From Octopus vulgaris (Eukaryota), in assembly GCA_951406725.2 (NCBI GenBank), contig OX597833.1, forward strand, positions 20,894,001-20,958,000: a DNA stretch of 64,000 bases, given 5' to 3'. The position numbers were made by a program, and so were the translations under genes. Shown here piece after piece: positions 1-12,556 of the stretch. Position 1 is the stretch's first letter, and each line of letters opens with the position of its first letter. The notes beneath the pieces were generated by a model. The model had not been told where the DNA came from, ran no database searches, and worked only from the letters and a program-made list of their open reading frames with translations.

Positions 1-285
1 GTTTGACAAGTGATGGCAAGTTAGAAGAATCTGTGCCAAGCTCTACTGACTGCTTTGACAAGGCTTCTACCACCGGGTATTCTTCTTAATGCCAGCCATT
101 TTACAGAGTGTACTGGATGCTTCTTACATGGCACCAGCAATAGTGAGGTCACCATGTAACTTGGGAGACAAGATCCCATGAGTGAAGGGGAGAGTGGCTT
201 TGTGCCAGGTGATAAGAAGTTAGGGGATGAATAAAGGGGGAGATATAGGTGTCTTGCAGTAGAGGAGATACAAGGGTTCCTCAGT

Positions 286-545
286 TGGAGAGGGAGGGGG
301 AGAGAGAGGAGAAAGAGAAGAGAGAGAGGGGGAGAGAAAGGGAGAGGGGGAGAAAGAGAGGGGGGAAGAGAGAGAGGGAGAGAGAAGAGAAAGAGAACAG
401 AGGGAGGAGACAGAGGGAGAGAGAAGAGAAAGAGAAAAGAGGGAGGAGAGAGAGGGAGAGAGAGGAGAAAGAGAAGAGAGAGGGAGAGGGAGGAGAGAGA
501 GGAGAGGGAGGAGAGAGAGAGGAGAGGGAGAGAGAAACAGACAGA
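286..545. repeat. Polypurine (GA-rich) low-complexity tract
   Basis: Explains the spurious ORFs at 21-672. Confidence 0.95.
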
Positions 546-705
546 CAGATAAATGTGAGCCTGTGTGTATATACATATATATGTATATATACACACACAC
601 ACACATACATATATATATTTGTATGTATAATAGACACACACACACTCTAGAAAGCCAGAAAGCCAGCATCACGATAAATGATTTTTTTTACTAAAAGAAA
701 CTTAC

Positions 706-817
706 TCTGTATCTGTCGATGTCATTTACCAAACGTGCAATCAAAGTATTGACTGTCAAAGTTTGCAACTTCTCAAACCATTTGTTGATAAATTCTTCAA
801 AGGAATGCAGTTTCTTT
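706..817 (-). CDS. DYNC2H1: DYNC2H1 exon, last in window (KKLHSFEEFINKWFEKLQTLTVNTLIARLVNDIDRYR)
   Basis: cag/gtaagt junctions, 112 nt (phase 2 to 0). Resembles KTYLFEEFLMNWHDRL...KLQSEVDKYK. Confidence 0.9.
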
Positions 818-1335
818 CTGATTGGAGATGAAGAAAAATATGAAAAATAAATAAATAAATAAAAAAATTTGAGAAAACAAACATGAAATAGTAAAATAAA
901 ACTGCATATTAAGATGGTCTAACATTTGAACCCCACCTCCTGAAACCGGTATAGTTGGTGACATAAACAGCAACCCTTAACATTGGTGTACCAATGAGGA
1001 CTTTTTTTACATAGAAAAATTCAAGGTAAGATGGACTGAAATGTCTCTGTTTCTTACTGTTTCCTCATTAACCCATTTCATCCCAAATTGTTTGAGACCA
1101 TCCTTGGTTTTACGACAAAACCTTCTTGACTGAATTAAAATATTCTTTTATTAAAATTTCATTTTAATTTGTGTTTCAAACACCTATCTTAATAATGATT
1201 TTAAATTTTGCTACAGATTGGGGGGGAATTTAGTCAATTACATTGAACCCAGTGCATAACTGGTACTTATTTAATTGATTTCAAAAGGATGAAAAGTGAA
1301 ATCAACCTCAGCAGAATTTGGACTCAGAAGACAGC

Positions 1336-1590
1336 AAGCTGGCGGAAACGTTAGCACGCCGGGCGAAATGCTTAGCGGTATTTCATCTGCCGCTACGTTC
1401 TGAGTTCAAATTCCACCAAGGTCAACTTTGCCGTTCATCCTCTCGGGGTTGATAAAATAAGTACCAGTTACGCACTGGGGTTGATATAATCGATTTAATC
1501 TATTTGTCTGTCCTTGTTTGTCCTCCCTGTGTTTAGCCCCTTGTGGGTAGTAAAGAAATAGGTATTTCATCTGCTGCTACGTTCTGCTGT
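1336..1590 (+). mobile_element. SINE family B (GGCGGCGAGCTGGCAGAAACGTTAGC head; central GCCTTTCATCCTTTCGGGGTCGATAAAATAAGTACCAG domain)
   Basis: Repeated at 30738, 35055, 53136 (dimer), 41885, and reversed at about 7000-7420. The central domain resembles a conserved SINE superfamily core (Meta-like, tentative). Confidence 0.8.
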
Positions 1591-1713
1591 TCTTATTCAG
1601 ATTAGAAAACAATAAATATAAAGATATATTCTCATAATTATTTCAAAATATCTATATTTTATTAAAATAATATCCAAACTGTAATGATAATAGAATTTTG
1701 AACTGAAAATCTG

Positions 1714-3925
1714 TCAATGTTGAAGCACCTCAGGGTAAACAATATTCACTGTATAATTTTTTGTTAGTGTCAAAATGAATAAATTCTTGCTGCTTCCAAG
1801 TCATGAGGAAGCAACATAGGGTTGGCCATGGGAGAAGTATGTAGTAGAGAGATCAATACAACTACATTGAGGGATTGACCCTGACATTTGTTAATTGAAA
1901 TGCCAAAACTTAATTTGACTGGACACCGAAGCCTCTTAAATTCAAATGGAACATCTGTTGGTATGAGAGGAAATTTTGATATAAAGACATTTTCTTGTTT
2001 GTGACTAACTGTTATGATTGTTGCTTGTAGGACATGGGGCTTCATAGAAGTAACAATTAAGCGAGTTCCATTACACTGGCGAGATGGGTCAAGATTCCTA
2101 AGCAACATAATGGGGCACCCAGTTTTAGTGTCATGTTATGCAGTGGTATCCCAGTGGGTTTAAGTATGTTCAGAAATTCAACAGGGTATTGAACAACCTG
2201 ATCTTGATCGACTGTTGTCAATAAATCAAAAAGTCATTTCTGATGTATCTCTCTTTTACTCTTTTACTTGTTTCAGTCATTTGACTGCGGCCATGCTGGA
2301 GCACCGCCTTTAGTCGAGCAAATCGACCCCGGGACTTATTCTTTGTAAGCCCAGTACTTATTCTATCGGTCTCTTTTGCTGAACCGCTAAGTGACGGGGA
2401 CGTAAACACACCAGCATCGGTTGTCAAGCAATGCTAGAGGGACAAACACAGACACACAAACATATACATACACATACATACATATATATATACATATATA
2501 CGACAGGCTTCTTTCAGTTTCCGTCTACCAAATCCACTCACAAGGCATTGGCCGGCCTGAGACTATAGTAGAAGACACTTGCCCAAGATGCCACGCAGTG
2601 GGACTGAACCCAGAACCATGTGGTTGGTAAGCAAGCTACTTACCACACAGCCACTCCTGCGCCTGTTAACTGCATCTGTTAACTTTTGAAGAAGTTCATG
2701 ATTCAGTTTATCAACCATTTCATTAGTTGTAGCCAGTATGGCTCTTTCACATAACCAGTTTACATCAGTCTAATTGGCCAATAAATTAGGAAATACTTTA
2801 TCCATAAGATCCCTAAGAGAAAGTCTCATTTGATTGCATGTAATTTCATGTAGCTGAAGTCTTGAGTTGAAAGTCAATACCTCATTATCAGTCTTGAGCA
2901 GCTTGTATGATCACCTTACTCTTATGTCGCTTGTAAGATGAAGTTTTTTCACTTGTCTCCAAAAGTACAATTTTTGTAAGAATGTACTGACCTCATCAGC
3001 TTTGATCCTTTGGCAACGTTTGATGTAAATCTCTTCCAAAAAGAACTGTTACTCCTCCCACGAGCATGCTATTGTTTTTTATGTCTTGGAGGCTACAGCC
3101 AACTACCTCCAGTGCTCTACGATGTGACATAGTGCACTAATCCCAAACAATGAGGCAAGTTTGTTGGAGAACTGTTGCCATTGCAGAGTTTTGGGAAATG
3201 ACGCACATTTGAGATACTTTCATTGCAAGGTTTACAGGGAGTCTGAACATGGAATGAGCAGCTCTACCCCTATTGAGGAGGGTAGCTGCAATATCAGAAG
3301 ATGCAAAACTGGAAGAAGGTTAGATTTTATTTCCTCCCATTTAGGATTGCAGATGAAAGTGACAAAAAGGTCTGGTTTTCCATATGTCCTGACATATGTC
3401 ATAACATCTTGTGTTCGTTCATGCATATATCAAGGACTGCATGTGAATGATGATGGAAGGATTATACATTGCCCCATGTTTCAAATATCACCAGCTGTCT
3501 TCAGAGCATCTTGGAGATGGACATAATTTTTAGTCCTTAACTTTTTTTGATTGTTACAAATGTAGAGGAGACACTCAATCTCAACTTTAGCGTACATATC
3601 AACAAGGTATTACTGAAATAGATCACAATACATGTGTAATTGAGTTGATTGTTCTGGTCTTAACATCAGTTGATAAGAATAGAAGTCATTTGACAACACC
3701 TTTTTGATTATAACTGGCTCTCCTGTAGCAGGTTCAATCTGTGGAATATTGAAATGAAACCCATTTTGTTCATTCCACAAAATAAGAGGATACTGGAGAA
3801 CATCATAAGAGGGACGAGTCTCTGAAACATATTTGTTATCTCCAGCACGAATGAGAATATCATGATTTTCATGGAGATCACCTACCATAAGGATAGCTAC
3901 TTCATTAGATGTGGGCTCAATAAAA
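1714..3925 (-). mobile_element. Degenerate, internally deleted Helitron RepHel (Rep N-part plus Pif1-like helicase), interrupted by a SINE
   Basis: Fragments SYDVLQYPLILW, YVRTYGKPDLFVTFICNPKWEEI, MLLRNLDP..CNGTRL, PVKLSFGISINKCQGQSL and C-terminal NIVYPEVL, with multiple stops and frameshifts. Confidence 0.9.
2249..2663 (-). mobile_element. tRNA-derived SINE, family A (about 410 bp, internal (TA)n/(TG)n, (AAGAGT)n tail), nested in the Helitron
   Basis: Head GGCGCAGGAGTGGCTGTGTGGTAAG...GGTTCAGTCCC (A/B-box-like). Near-identical to copies at 22118, 49735 and 57327. Confidence 0.88.
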
Positions 3926-4711
3926 TACTGTTAGAGGCATAACGAATGTGGAAACACACACACACACTCACAGACACATACACACTCATACACATATGTA
4001 GATATGGTGGTATAAAATGTCGTTTACAATAGTTTACTTATAGAAAGATTATAATCTTAAATTTTTACAATGAAAATATGTAAATGAAAATAAAGTTTAT
4101 TTGGTAGCTGAAAGATTACTGAATCTTTTGATACCCCATACAACAAAATCAGCAACTAAGTTTTCGAATACATAAGGAACATAGACACATACACACACAA
4201 ACTCTGCTCTCACAGGCTGAAATAAATACACACATGCAATGGGCTTCTTTCAGTTTCTGTCAACTAAATCCACTCACAAATCTTTGATTGGCAGAAGACA
4301 AACTTGTCCTATGTGCCACACTGTGGGACTGAACCTAGAACCATTTTGTTTGGAAGCAACCGCCTTACCACACAGCCAAGCTTGTCGGTAATATGTGAAT
4401 GATTCAAGTATTGTTTTGATTATGCTCGTTTGCTTATGGAGACAGACATGCTGGTTACTGTGCTTAATTAATCAGCTACTCGTGTGTCTTTTAAACTGTA
4501 AGTTATTGTATAAAGAAATATTCAAATTGCAGTTTGTATGGTTGCAGATCTGATGACAGGGAGTCTCAAGTCGTTAATCCTTGCTTCATTATATGCCCTC
4601 TGGCATACAACGGGGAAAGAACAAGATGTTTTCATGACTTTGCAGCAGAAACTAAGTGGAAAGATAACTAAAATAAAATGGCCAAAGAATTAGAAAGACA
4701 ATAATGTCACC

Positions 4712-5392
4712 AATACTACCACCACCACCACCACCACCACCACAACCCACAGTTATGACAACTACATCTATCACCACTACTGCCACCACTGTCATCATCA
4801 CCACCACCACTACCTCCACTCACAACTATGACAACTATATATAGTACCACCACCACCACCCACATCTATGACAGCTACATCTAGCACTACTACCAACACC
4901 AACACCACCACTACTACCACCACCCACAACTATGACAACTATATCTAGTACCACTACCGCCACCACCACTGTTGCCACCACCACCACTACCTACAACTAT
5001 GACAGCTACGTCTAGCACCACTATCACCATCACTGCCGCCACCACCACCCACAACTATGACAACTACATCTAGCACCACTACCACCACCACCACCACCAC
5101 CACCACTCACTACATCTGGCACCACTATCACCACCACCACCACCCACAACTATGACACCTACATCTAGCACCACTATCACCCCCACCACCACTACCACCA
5201 CCACCCGCAACTATGACAGCTACATCTAGCACCACTACCACCACCACTGTCACCACCACCTCCAACTATGACAACTACATCTAGCACCACTACCAACACC
5301 AACACCACCACCACCCACAACTATGAAAACTACATCTAGCACCACTACCACCACCACTGCCACCAACATCACCATCCCGCTGCTGCCGCTAT
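4712..5392. repeat. Minisatellite with ~45-70-bp units (CCCACAACTATGACAACTACATCTAGCACC + (ACC)n)
   Basis: About 11-12 imperfect units visible. Confidence 0.9.
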
Positions 5393-6830
5393 CATCAGAT
5401 GTCTACAGAGCAACAAGGGAGCCCGAGCTATGAAAGAAACTTGAATGCATTCAAACAGCCTGCTTGATATAGTAGCCAAATCTTCCTCAAATAATGCGCT
5501 ACTGTTTTATAAGAAAAGGACACATTGGATAATGTATTCCTAGAGAACCTCTGAAAGACAGGATAGTCTCAGCAGGAATACCTTTGATCATACATAAATC
5601 TTCCCAGTCATCAGGGCTGGGCTGGGCTGGGCTGGGTTGGGCTGGGGCTAATCAGTGTCACTATGACTATCACCACCACCACTATTAGTACTACTACTCT
5701 TCATCATGAAACAAGATAAGATAAACAAACAAAAAACAAAAAAAAAACAAGTTAGCACAGAGAAAGTGGTTAGTCTTCAGCAAATAATCAACTTTCATGT
5801 TTCTCACTAATTTTGTTATTTAAATACATTTTGGTGTTAGGAAGGGCATCCAGCTGTAGAAAGTCTGCCAGATCAGATTGGAGTCTGGTGCAGCCATCTG
5901 GTTCGCCAGACCTCAGTCAAATCGTCCAACCCATGCTAGCATGAAAAGCGGACATTAAACGATGATGATGATGATGATGATTTCCTCTCAAATCCCCTCA
6001 AAGGCTCTGTTTATCCCTTCAGCATTCAGTTTACCCTGGCAGAAATATAATATTTATTTACTCATGTTGTTTCGAATGGATCATGCATTATCTCATAGCT
6101 TTGAGATTTTGATGACGTGACTATTTATTTTTTGAATGACAGTGTAGGATAGGTGTGAAAGACCAGATCTGGCCAATTTGGACATAAAACAGGTGGAACA
6201 TTTGCGCCAGACATGGCTAGTTTAACCCTTTAGTATTTGAACAGGCCATATCTGACCGAAATATTCTACCTGCTTTATGTGCAAACTGGCCAGATCTGGC
6301 CTCTCACACCTACCCTGCAATGCCATTCTAAAAATAAACAATTACATCTTCAAAATCTCAAAGCTATGAGATAATACAGGATTGATTTTTATAAAATGTG
6401 AATGAATAACTATTACATTTGACAAAGTAATTTGAATGCTAAAGGGTTCAGGTATACAATATACCCCTTGTGTTTGGCTCCTTAGAATGCTCAGACCACC
6501 CTGACAGAGTTTATAATTTGTGATTTCTGTCTGTCAAATAATAGCAGCTGATCTCTCGAACACTAACTATTAATTCATTAATAAATCAGTGAAGTCGCTT
6601 TACTGTACTTAATTGCTCTGCTGCTCAATGTAGTTGAAGAAGCCAAACTTGCTGAGACAGCAAGACTTCAACTCCATATGAAATGAAGGAGCAGAAGTGT
6701 TCAGAGATTCTAAATCTTAGAATGTTTAGCTGATGATGATCATGACTGGAATGCAACAAGGTTTTGTTGATCTGTACCCTTCATAACAGAGTCAAGCAAA
6801 GCTGGCCGAGGTTACTTGAGAAGATGAAGA

Positions 6831-6966
6831 CGAAGAAGAAGAAGAAGAAGAAGAAGAAGAAGAAGAAGAAGAAGAAGAAGAAGAAGAAGAAGAAGAAGAA
6901 GAAGAAGAAGAAGAAGAAGAAGAAGAAGAAGAAGAAGAAGAAGAAGAAGAAGAAAAAGAAGAAGAA
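6831..6966. repeat. (GAA)n microsatellite
   Basis: Nearly pure trinucleotide run. Confidence 0.98.
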
Positions 6967-7959
6967 CAACAACAACCCTTTTCACTACCTACAGGTATGA
7001 GGCCTAAAATATTTTGAAGAGGGTGACTAGTCAGAAATATTGACCCCCAGTGCTCAACTGGTACTTAATTTGTTGACCCCAAGAGGATGAAATGCAAAGT
7101 CAGCTTCAGCAGGATTTGAACACAGAAGGTAAAGACAGATGAAATGCTGTTAAGCACATTGTCCAGAGTAGTAACGATTCAGTCGGCTTACTGCCTTAAC
7201 GACAACAAACCACCATAATAATGGTTTCAAATTTTGCCACAAGGGCAGCAATTTTTGTTGGGGAGGAGACTAGTCGATCACACTGACCCCAGTGCTCAAC
7301 TGGTACTTATTCTATCAACCCCAAAAGGATGAAAGACTAAGCTAACCTTGGCAGAAACTGAATTCAGAACGTAGCAAAAGGGAAAATATCGTTGAGCATT
7401 TCGTCTGGCATGCTAACAATTCTTATTTCTTTATTGCCCACAATTGACTAAACATAAAGAGGACAAACAAGGACAATAAGAGAAAGGAATGAAGACTTAG
7501 ATTTCGAGTTAAATCAGGTTACCCATTTAATTAAGGAGTTGGATTGTTGATAATTAAAGACAGGTAAATAATTAAAAATAAGGTGAATCTATTTATGTAG
7601 AACATTAGTGGGAACAGTCTCAAAATTCACATGATATTTCTAATTTCTAATTTAAATTATTTCTAATTTATAATTCACTAACTTACAGCTTATATATAGA
7701 AGGTTAATAGGTTTGAATACAACAATAAGCCCATCAATCATTAAGATGCCAAAGTATAAAGAATTTCACACTTAAACTTGATCAAATTGAACTAAATTTG
7801 AAAAAAAATTTTTTATTGTTTTATTAAAGCAAGTTGATTTTCATAAGTTCAGATTCTATCCTATCTACTTCTTAAAAAACTTAAACATAGCTAAATACAT
7901 ATATATATATGTATTTGATTTATATTATATTTTGTTCATATAGAGCACTAATTAGGTAG

Positions 7960-8357
7960 CCTCCCCTCTCCACGCCACCGATGTTATCCAAGGGAAAGGC
8001 AAAAGCCAATACAGCTTGGCACCAGTGACGTCACAGCTCATTTATTAACGTGCAAGTGGCTGAGCATTCCACAGACACGTGTACCCTTAACGTAGTTCTC
8101 AGGGAGATTCAGCATGACACAGAGTGTGACAAGGCTGGCCCTTTGAAATACAGGTACAACAGAAACAGGAAGAAAGAGTGAGAGAAAGTTGTGGTGAAAG
8201 AGTACAGCAGGGTTCACTACAACCCCCAGCTGGAGCCTCGTGGAGCATGAGGTGTTTTCACTCAATAAACACTCACAATGGCCGGTCTGGGAATCAAAAC
8301 TGTGATCCTATGACCGCGAGTCCACTGTCCTAACCACTGGGCCATTGTGCCTCCACT
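7960..8357 (-). mobile_element. tRNA-derived SINE family C (GTGGAGGCRCAATGGCCCAGTGGTTAGG head)
   Basis: Same head at 43424, 49240, 39570 (minus) and 59939 (plus), with differing 3' tails. Confidence 0.8.
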
Positions 8358-8820
8358 TATGGTTTTACGCTTTGTATACTTCCTTATGGTTTTTTCTGTA
8401 TTGTTACCTTTAACCATGTTTTTTCTTGTGCTTGTGTATATATAGACGTATGTATGAACTTTTACGGTGTGCGTGTGTGTGTATGAGTTTGTATATATAT
8501 GTGTATACATTTGGCGAAAAATGCGAGTGAAGATGTATACGTTTTCATAGTGACGTACATGTATGCACGTGGATGCGCGAGCGCACATGTGTGCGTATGA
8601 GTAGGCATGCTTATGCGTTTACTATGAACTTTTAACCTTATTTTAATTAGCGGTCATTGGATTAGTGCTTTTATATAAGTAGCAGAATCATAACATAGTA
8701 ATTTCCCTTTGTATAACGGTCTTTTTTCATAGCGTTTTTCAGATGGCCAGATTTCCACCTCGGCATCCGAAACTCAGAGTTTTATCTTGGCTATCGAATA
8801 ATTGTCACATATTATTTTAC

Positions 8821-8867
<47 letters not shown>

Positions 8868-9314
8868 GGGAATGGAGCAGTTAAAATCCGGGCTACATAT
8901 GTTTCTGCTCGCTAGGAAACATATGTAACCTTTTTTTCAGCTAATCAAACTTCAATATGGAAATATTTTACAACCTTCTATGTCAATAAACCACTATTGT
9001 TCCTGAAAGTTGTTTTTCACACCTTCTACAGACTGTTCAAAACTTACTAACTTCCTACACCTGAATCCATGGATCTTACATTTACTAATCATTATATATA
9101 TAAAAGAACACAAATAGGATTTAAAATTTATGAGAGCAGTTTTGGTAGAATTTTATTGATGTAGTCATAGATTACATCAAAGTATATAAACCACCATCTT
9201 CAGGCATACTATGTGCTGATGTGCTAGATTCTAATGACTCCTATAACTAACTAATCCGTCCGTCTATCTATCTATCTACCTCTATCTATCTGTCTATCTA
9301 TCTATCTATCTATG

Positions 9315-10109
9315 CTGGCGTGTTTCTTGGGTTCTCTTACGCCTGTCTCCGCGGGAGCACTTTTCCATCTTTCCCTCAGTTGCAGTCTGTTTCCTTAATA
9401 CCCTCACCTTTCGTACACACACGCACACACATACATACACCCACTCCCACGCACTCACACACACACATTTGCATATATATATACATTACACTTACACACA
9501 CTTCAAATTTACTTGCCATACATACAACTACGCACACTGGACACACACACACTACTCTTAACAGGCACACAGCACGTACATACGCCCCCACCCATTCCCT
9601 CCCTCCTCTTTTTACCACTGACCACTGACTTGCTACTGCTATGTCAACTACCTTCCGCCCTAGGTACACACACTTACATACAGACGCACGCACTAACATA
9701 TACATATAATTTTTTTATCTCGCCTTACACACACATACACACACGCACACGTACACACTCACACATACATACCCATTATTCTTCTATACATACACATCAT
9801 TCTTCCCACTCTTCGAGTTGTTACCAACCTTCCTTTTTTCGCTCTTTTGTTTTTAAAAATCAGCCCCTGTTATCCAAAACTTCCGTCCTTTCAGCATATT
9901 TACTTCGTAAAAACCAGTCGCGTTTTTTTTTTTTCCCCTCTGTTTGCCCACCTCGGGATCTTTCTTTCTTCCTTCTCTTATGTTTCCGACGAAGAGCTCC
10001 GCTCGAAACGTCGTACCCTCCTTCTTCCCTCTTTCCTGAGCGCCTAATAATAATACTTTAATTGTTCCACGTGTTGTTGTTTTTTCTGTTTTCCTGTTTG
10101 GATCAACCT

Positions 10110-10112
<3 letters not shown>
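9315..10112 (+). mobile_element. Penelope-like element 3' region/pLTR with degenerate minimal hammerhead, ending in (TA)n
   Basis: CCGACGA-A-GAGC-TCC-GCTC-GAAAC-GTC at 9986-10012. Confidence 0.55.
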
Positions 10113-10150
<38 letters not shown>

Positions 10151-10258
10151 TATACATTAGATAATGTGGTTAAATTAATGTCTGAAGCAAAAACAAAAAC
10201 AGGATGATCACAGCTGAAATTGAAACTGACCTCTAGCTCAACCACAACATCAACTTAC

Positions 10259-10414
10259 CCAAAGGATATCCACTCTTCTTTTGTTAAGTCTTCCAGTTCA
10301 TTCTTGTAGTCACTGTAGACAATAACTATGCCTTCAAAGCCGGCCAGTTTATCTCTTAGTTCAGTAATCTGGTTTGAATCGGGTGGTGGAAGATGAAATT
10401 TCTCACAGGCTTGC
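10259..10414 (-). CDS. DYNC2H1: DYNC2H1 exon (QACEKFHLPPPDSNQITELRDKL...LEDLTKEEWISF)
   Basis: tag/gtaag junctions, 156 nt (phase 2 to 2). Resembles DCHHFRLEEP...EMANEDWITFR. Not in the ORF track. Confidence 0.92.
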
Positions 10415-11370
10415 CTATAACACAAAACAGATTCACCACATCAATAAACAGTGTCAAATACTATTCGGGGCTGTATGACAAGGGCCACATAAGAGTAACT
10501 CACTTCAGTTAGAAAGGAACAAACAAAGTCTTAGTTGTAATTTATATGAAAGTGTTGGTAAGGCTGCATGGTTAACAAATTTGCTCTGTAACTATGTTGT
10601 TTCAGGTTTGATACCACCGAACAGCACTTGAGGTAAAAGTGTCTTCTGCCATATCTTTGAGTTGAGTGAAATTTGCAAGATGGAAATGGCTTTAGCCCTC
10701 ACATGCCTCTGACAGCTTCTTCCCTTCCTCTAGCCAGCAAGTCTTAGTGGTGGTCCTGAGAAGTGCTATAAATGCTCTCCTTCCTTCTCTTACTAAGTTA
10801 CTAACTTCTCTCCTCTAGATGAATCACCATCAATACATTGCTAGAACTTACTTTATCAAAGTTGAAATTTCCTAGAAACAAACTTTGTGGAAGATCATCA
10901 ATGGAACTGTTTCTGTCTTTGAATGGTAGAATTAATCTGGTGAATGAATGACTTTTAGTGGAGTCAACTCTTTCATAAGCAATTTGACTAAATCTCTATT
11001 TGCAAATAGGCTTCTTCCTTTCTCCCACTAGCCTTGGAGGTCCTAGAAAGGATCATAAGCACTGACTGCCCTCCTCCAATTATGCAATTAAAATATGACG
11101 AGCTTCTTTTAGTTTCCGTCTGCCAAATCCACTCACAAGGCTTTGGTCGGCCCAAGAATATAGTAGAAGACACTTGCTCAAGGTGCTACACAGTGGGACT
11201 GAACCCAGAACCATTTGGTAAGGAAGCTACTTACCACACGGCTTTCATTATGCATAAATTTATTCCATATATTTTTCCTCGTTCAGAGATTTATTATTGC
11301 TTGTTTACAATCTTTCAAGATCAGTGACGAAAAGTCATTGGAAAAAGGATATATGTATTTGCATTGGGAC

Positions 11371-11465
11371 CCTTCCATCAAAAACCGGTGATTGTCATGC
11401 ACTGATGACGGGTCAATACCCAGAAACTGCAGTCCGTGCATATCACTTAGGTTGACGAGGGAAGG
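11371..11465 (+). ncRNA. Type I hammerhead ribozyme with palindromic minimal stem III (slightly degenerate)
   Basis: CTGATGA 11402-08; GGGT-CAAT-ACCC; GAAAC-TGCA-GTC (11423-34); long bulged stem I (ATGCA/TGCAT, GTGAT/ATCAC, CCTTCC/GGAAGG). Confidence 0.7.
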
Positions 11466-12337
11466 ATGACCTCCTTTTGCAAATGCCGATAGGGCACAGA
11501 AAGTGTGTCAATAGCCAGCTGGAGAAGATGTACTCCTGGGGCTACAAGCTGCAGTAACACCCACCCTTAGTGGTTAGCCATATTTAGATGGCAAATATAC
11601 TTCACATTGTCATGCAGTTACTGTCTATACCTCGTTCAGAGATTTATTACATATATATATATATATGATGGGCTTTGGTCAGCCTGAGGCTATAGTAGAA
11701 GACACCTGCCCAAGGTGTCATACAGTGGGACTGAACCCCGAAACTTTGTGGTTGGGAAGCAAGCTTCCTACCATAATATGTTTAAAATATATTTAAAGCC
11801 AAAACAATACAAATTTAAAAATTTAAAAGTACAGGTTGATGGCTCATGCTATTTCTTGGTATTTCAGTAATTCAGGTGATCCCTTCTTCAGGAAAATTAC
11901 ACAGAAAATGGTGCTGATGCCTAAGTTCTCTGCTCTGTAGTGTAAATGTATGAATAGTTTGTTTTGTGTTGCTATTGTAGCCTATTGCCTGCAAGCAGTT
12001 CTGATCTGTTTTTTTCATTCATGGGCTGAACATGTTAATTAAAATAGCTTTTTTTATTCTCAACTTCCCAATGTTTCTTTCTGTAATTTCAACAGAAAAT
12101 TGGATGTCTCAGGTGTGACATTTCTACAGGTCTTGTTTCATGGAAGAAGCACTAGGATAGAGGTGTTCATTGACTACAGAGCAGAGTAATTAACTATGAA
12201 CACCTTTCTGCCACAGATTTCATGAAGAAGGGGTACTAAGCCTGAAATATTAAAATACCAGGTAATAGTGCCAAAAATGAACCTGTATTTTTGATTTTTT
12301 TAACTTGCATTGTTTTGGCTTTAAAAAAAATATTTAA

Positions 12338-12556
12338 CCCTTTAGTATTTAAACCGGCCATATCCGGCCAAAATAGTTAATCTGTTTTATGTTCAAACTG
12401 ACCAGATCCAGGCTCTTGCACCTACCCTACAATGTTATTCTACATTAGGCAATTACACCATCGAGATCTTGGAGATATGAGATAATGCATGATTAATTCA
12501 AATCAATGGGAATCAATAAGCATTACGTTTGATAGAATAATCTGAACACTAAAGGG
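12338..12556. mobile_element. TTAA-flanked MITE, family 2
   Basis: TTAA|CCCTTTAGT...ACTAAAGGG|TTAA. Copies at about 6015-6446 (two, back to back), 22015-22640 and about 55250-55740. Confidence 0.82.

Noticed and set aside
21-672. Long ORFs on both strands (also 26383-26976, 31389-31940, 41634-41936, 47841-48521)
   Set aside because: Translations of microsatellite or low-complexity DNA.
4550-4590. Hammerhead at CTGATGA-CAGGGA..TCCTTG
   Set aside because: No GAAA or cleavage triplet follows.
4712-5392. Mucin-like Thr-rich coding repeat
   Set aside because: Units shift frame and bring TAG in frame; no long ORF, so it is a non-coding minisatellite.
10690-11090. Possible coding or TE remnant
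   Set aside because: No recognisable motif or intact frame by eye.
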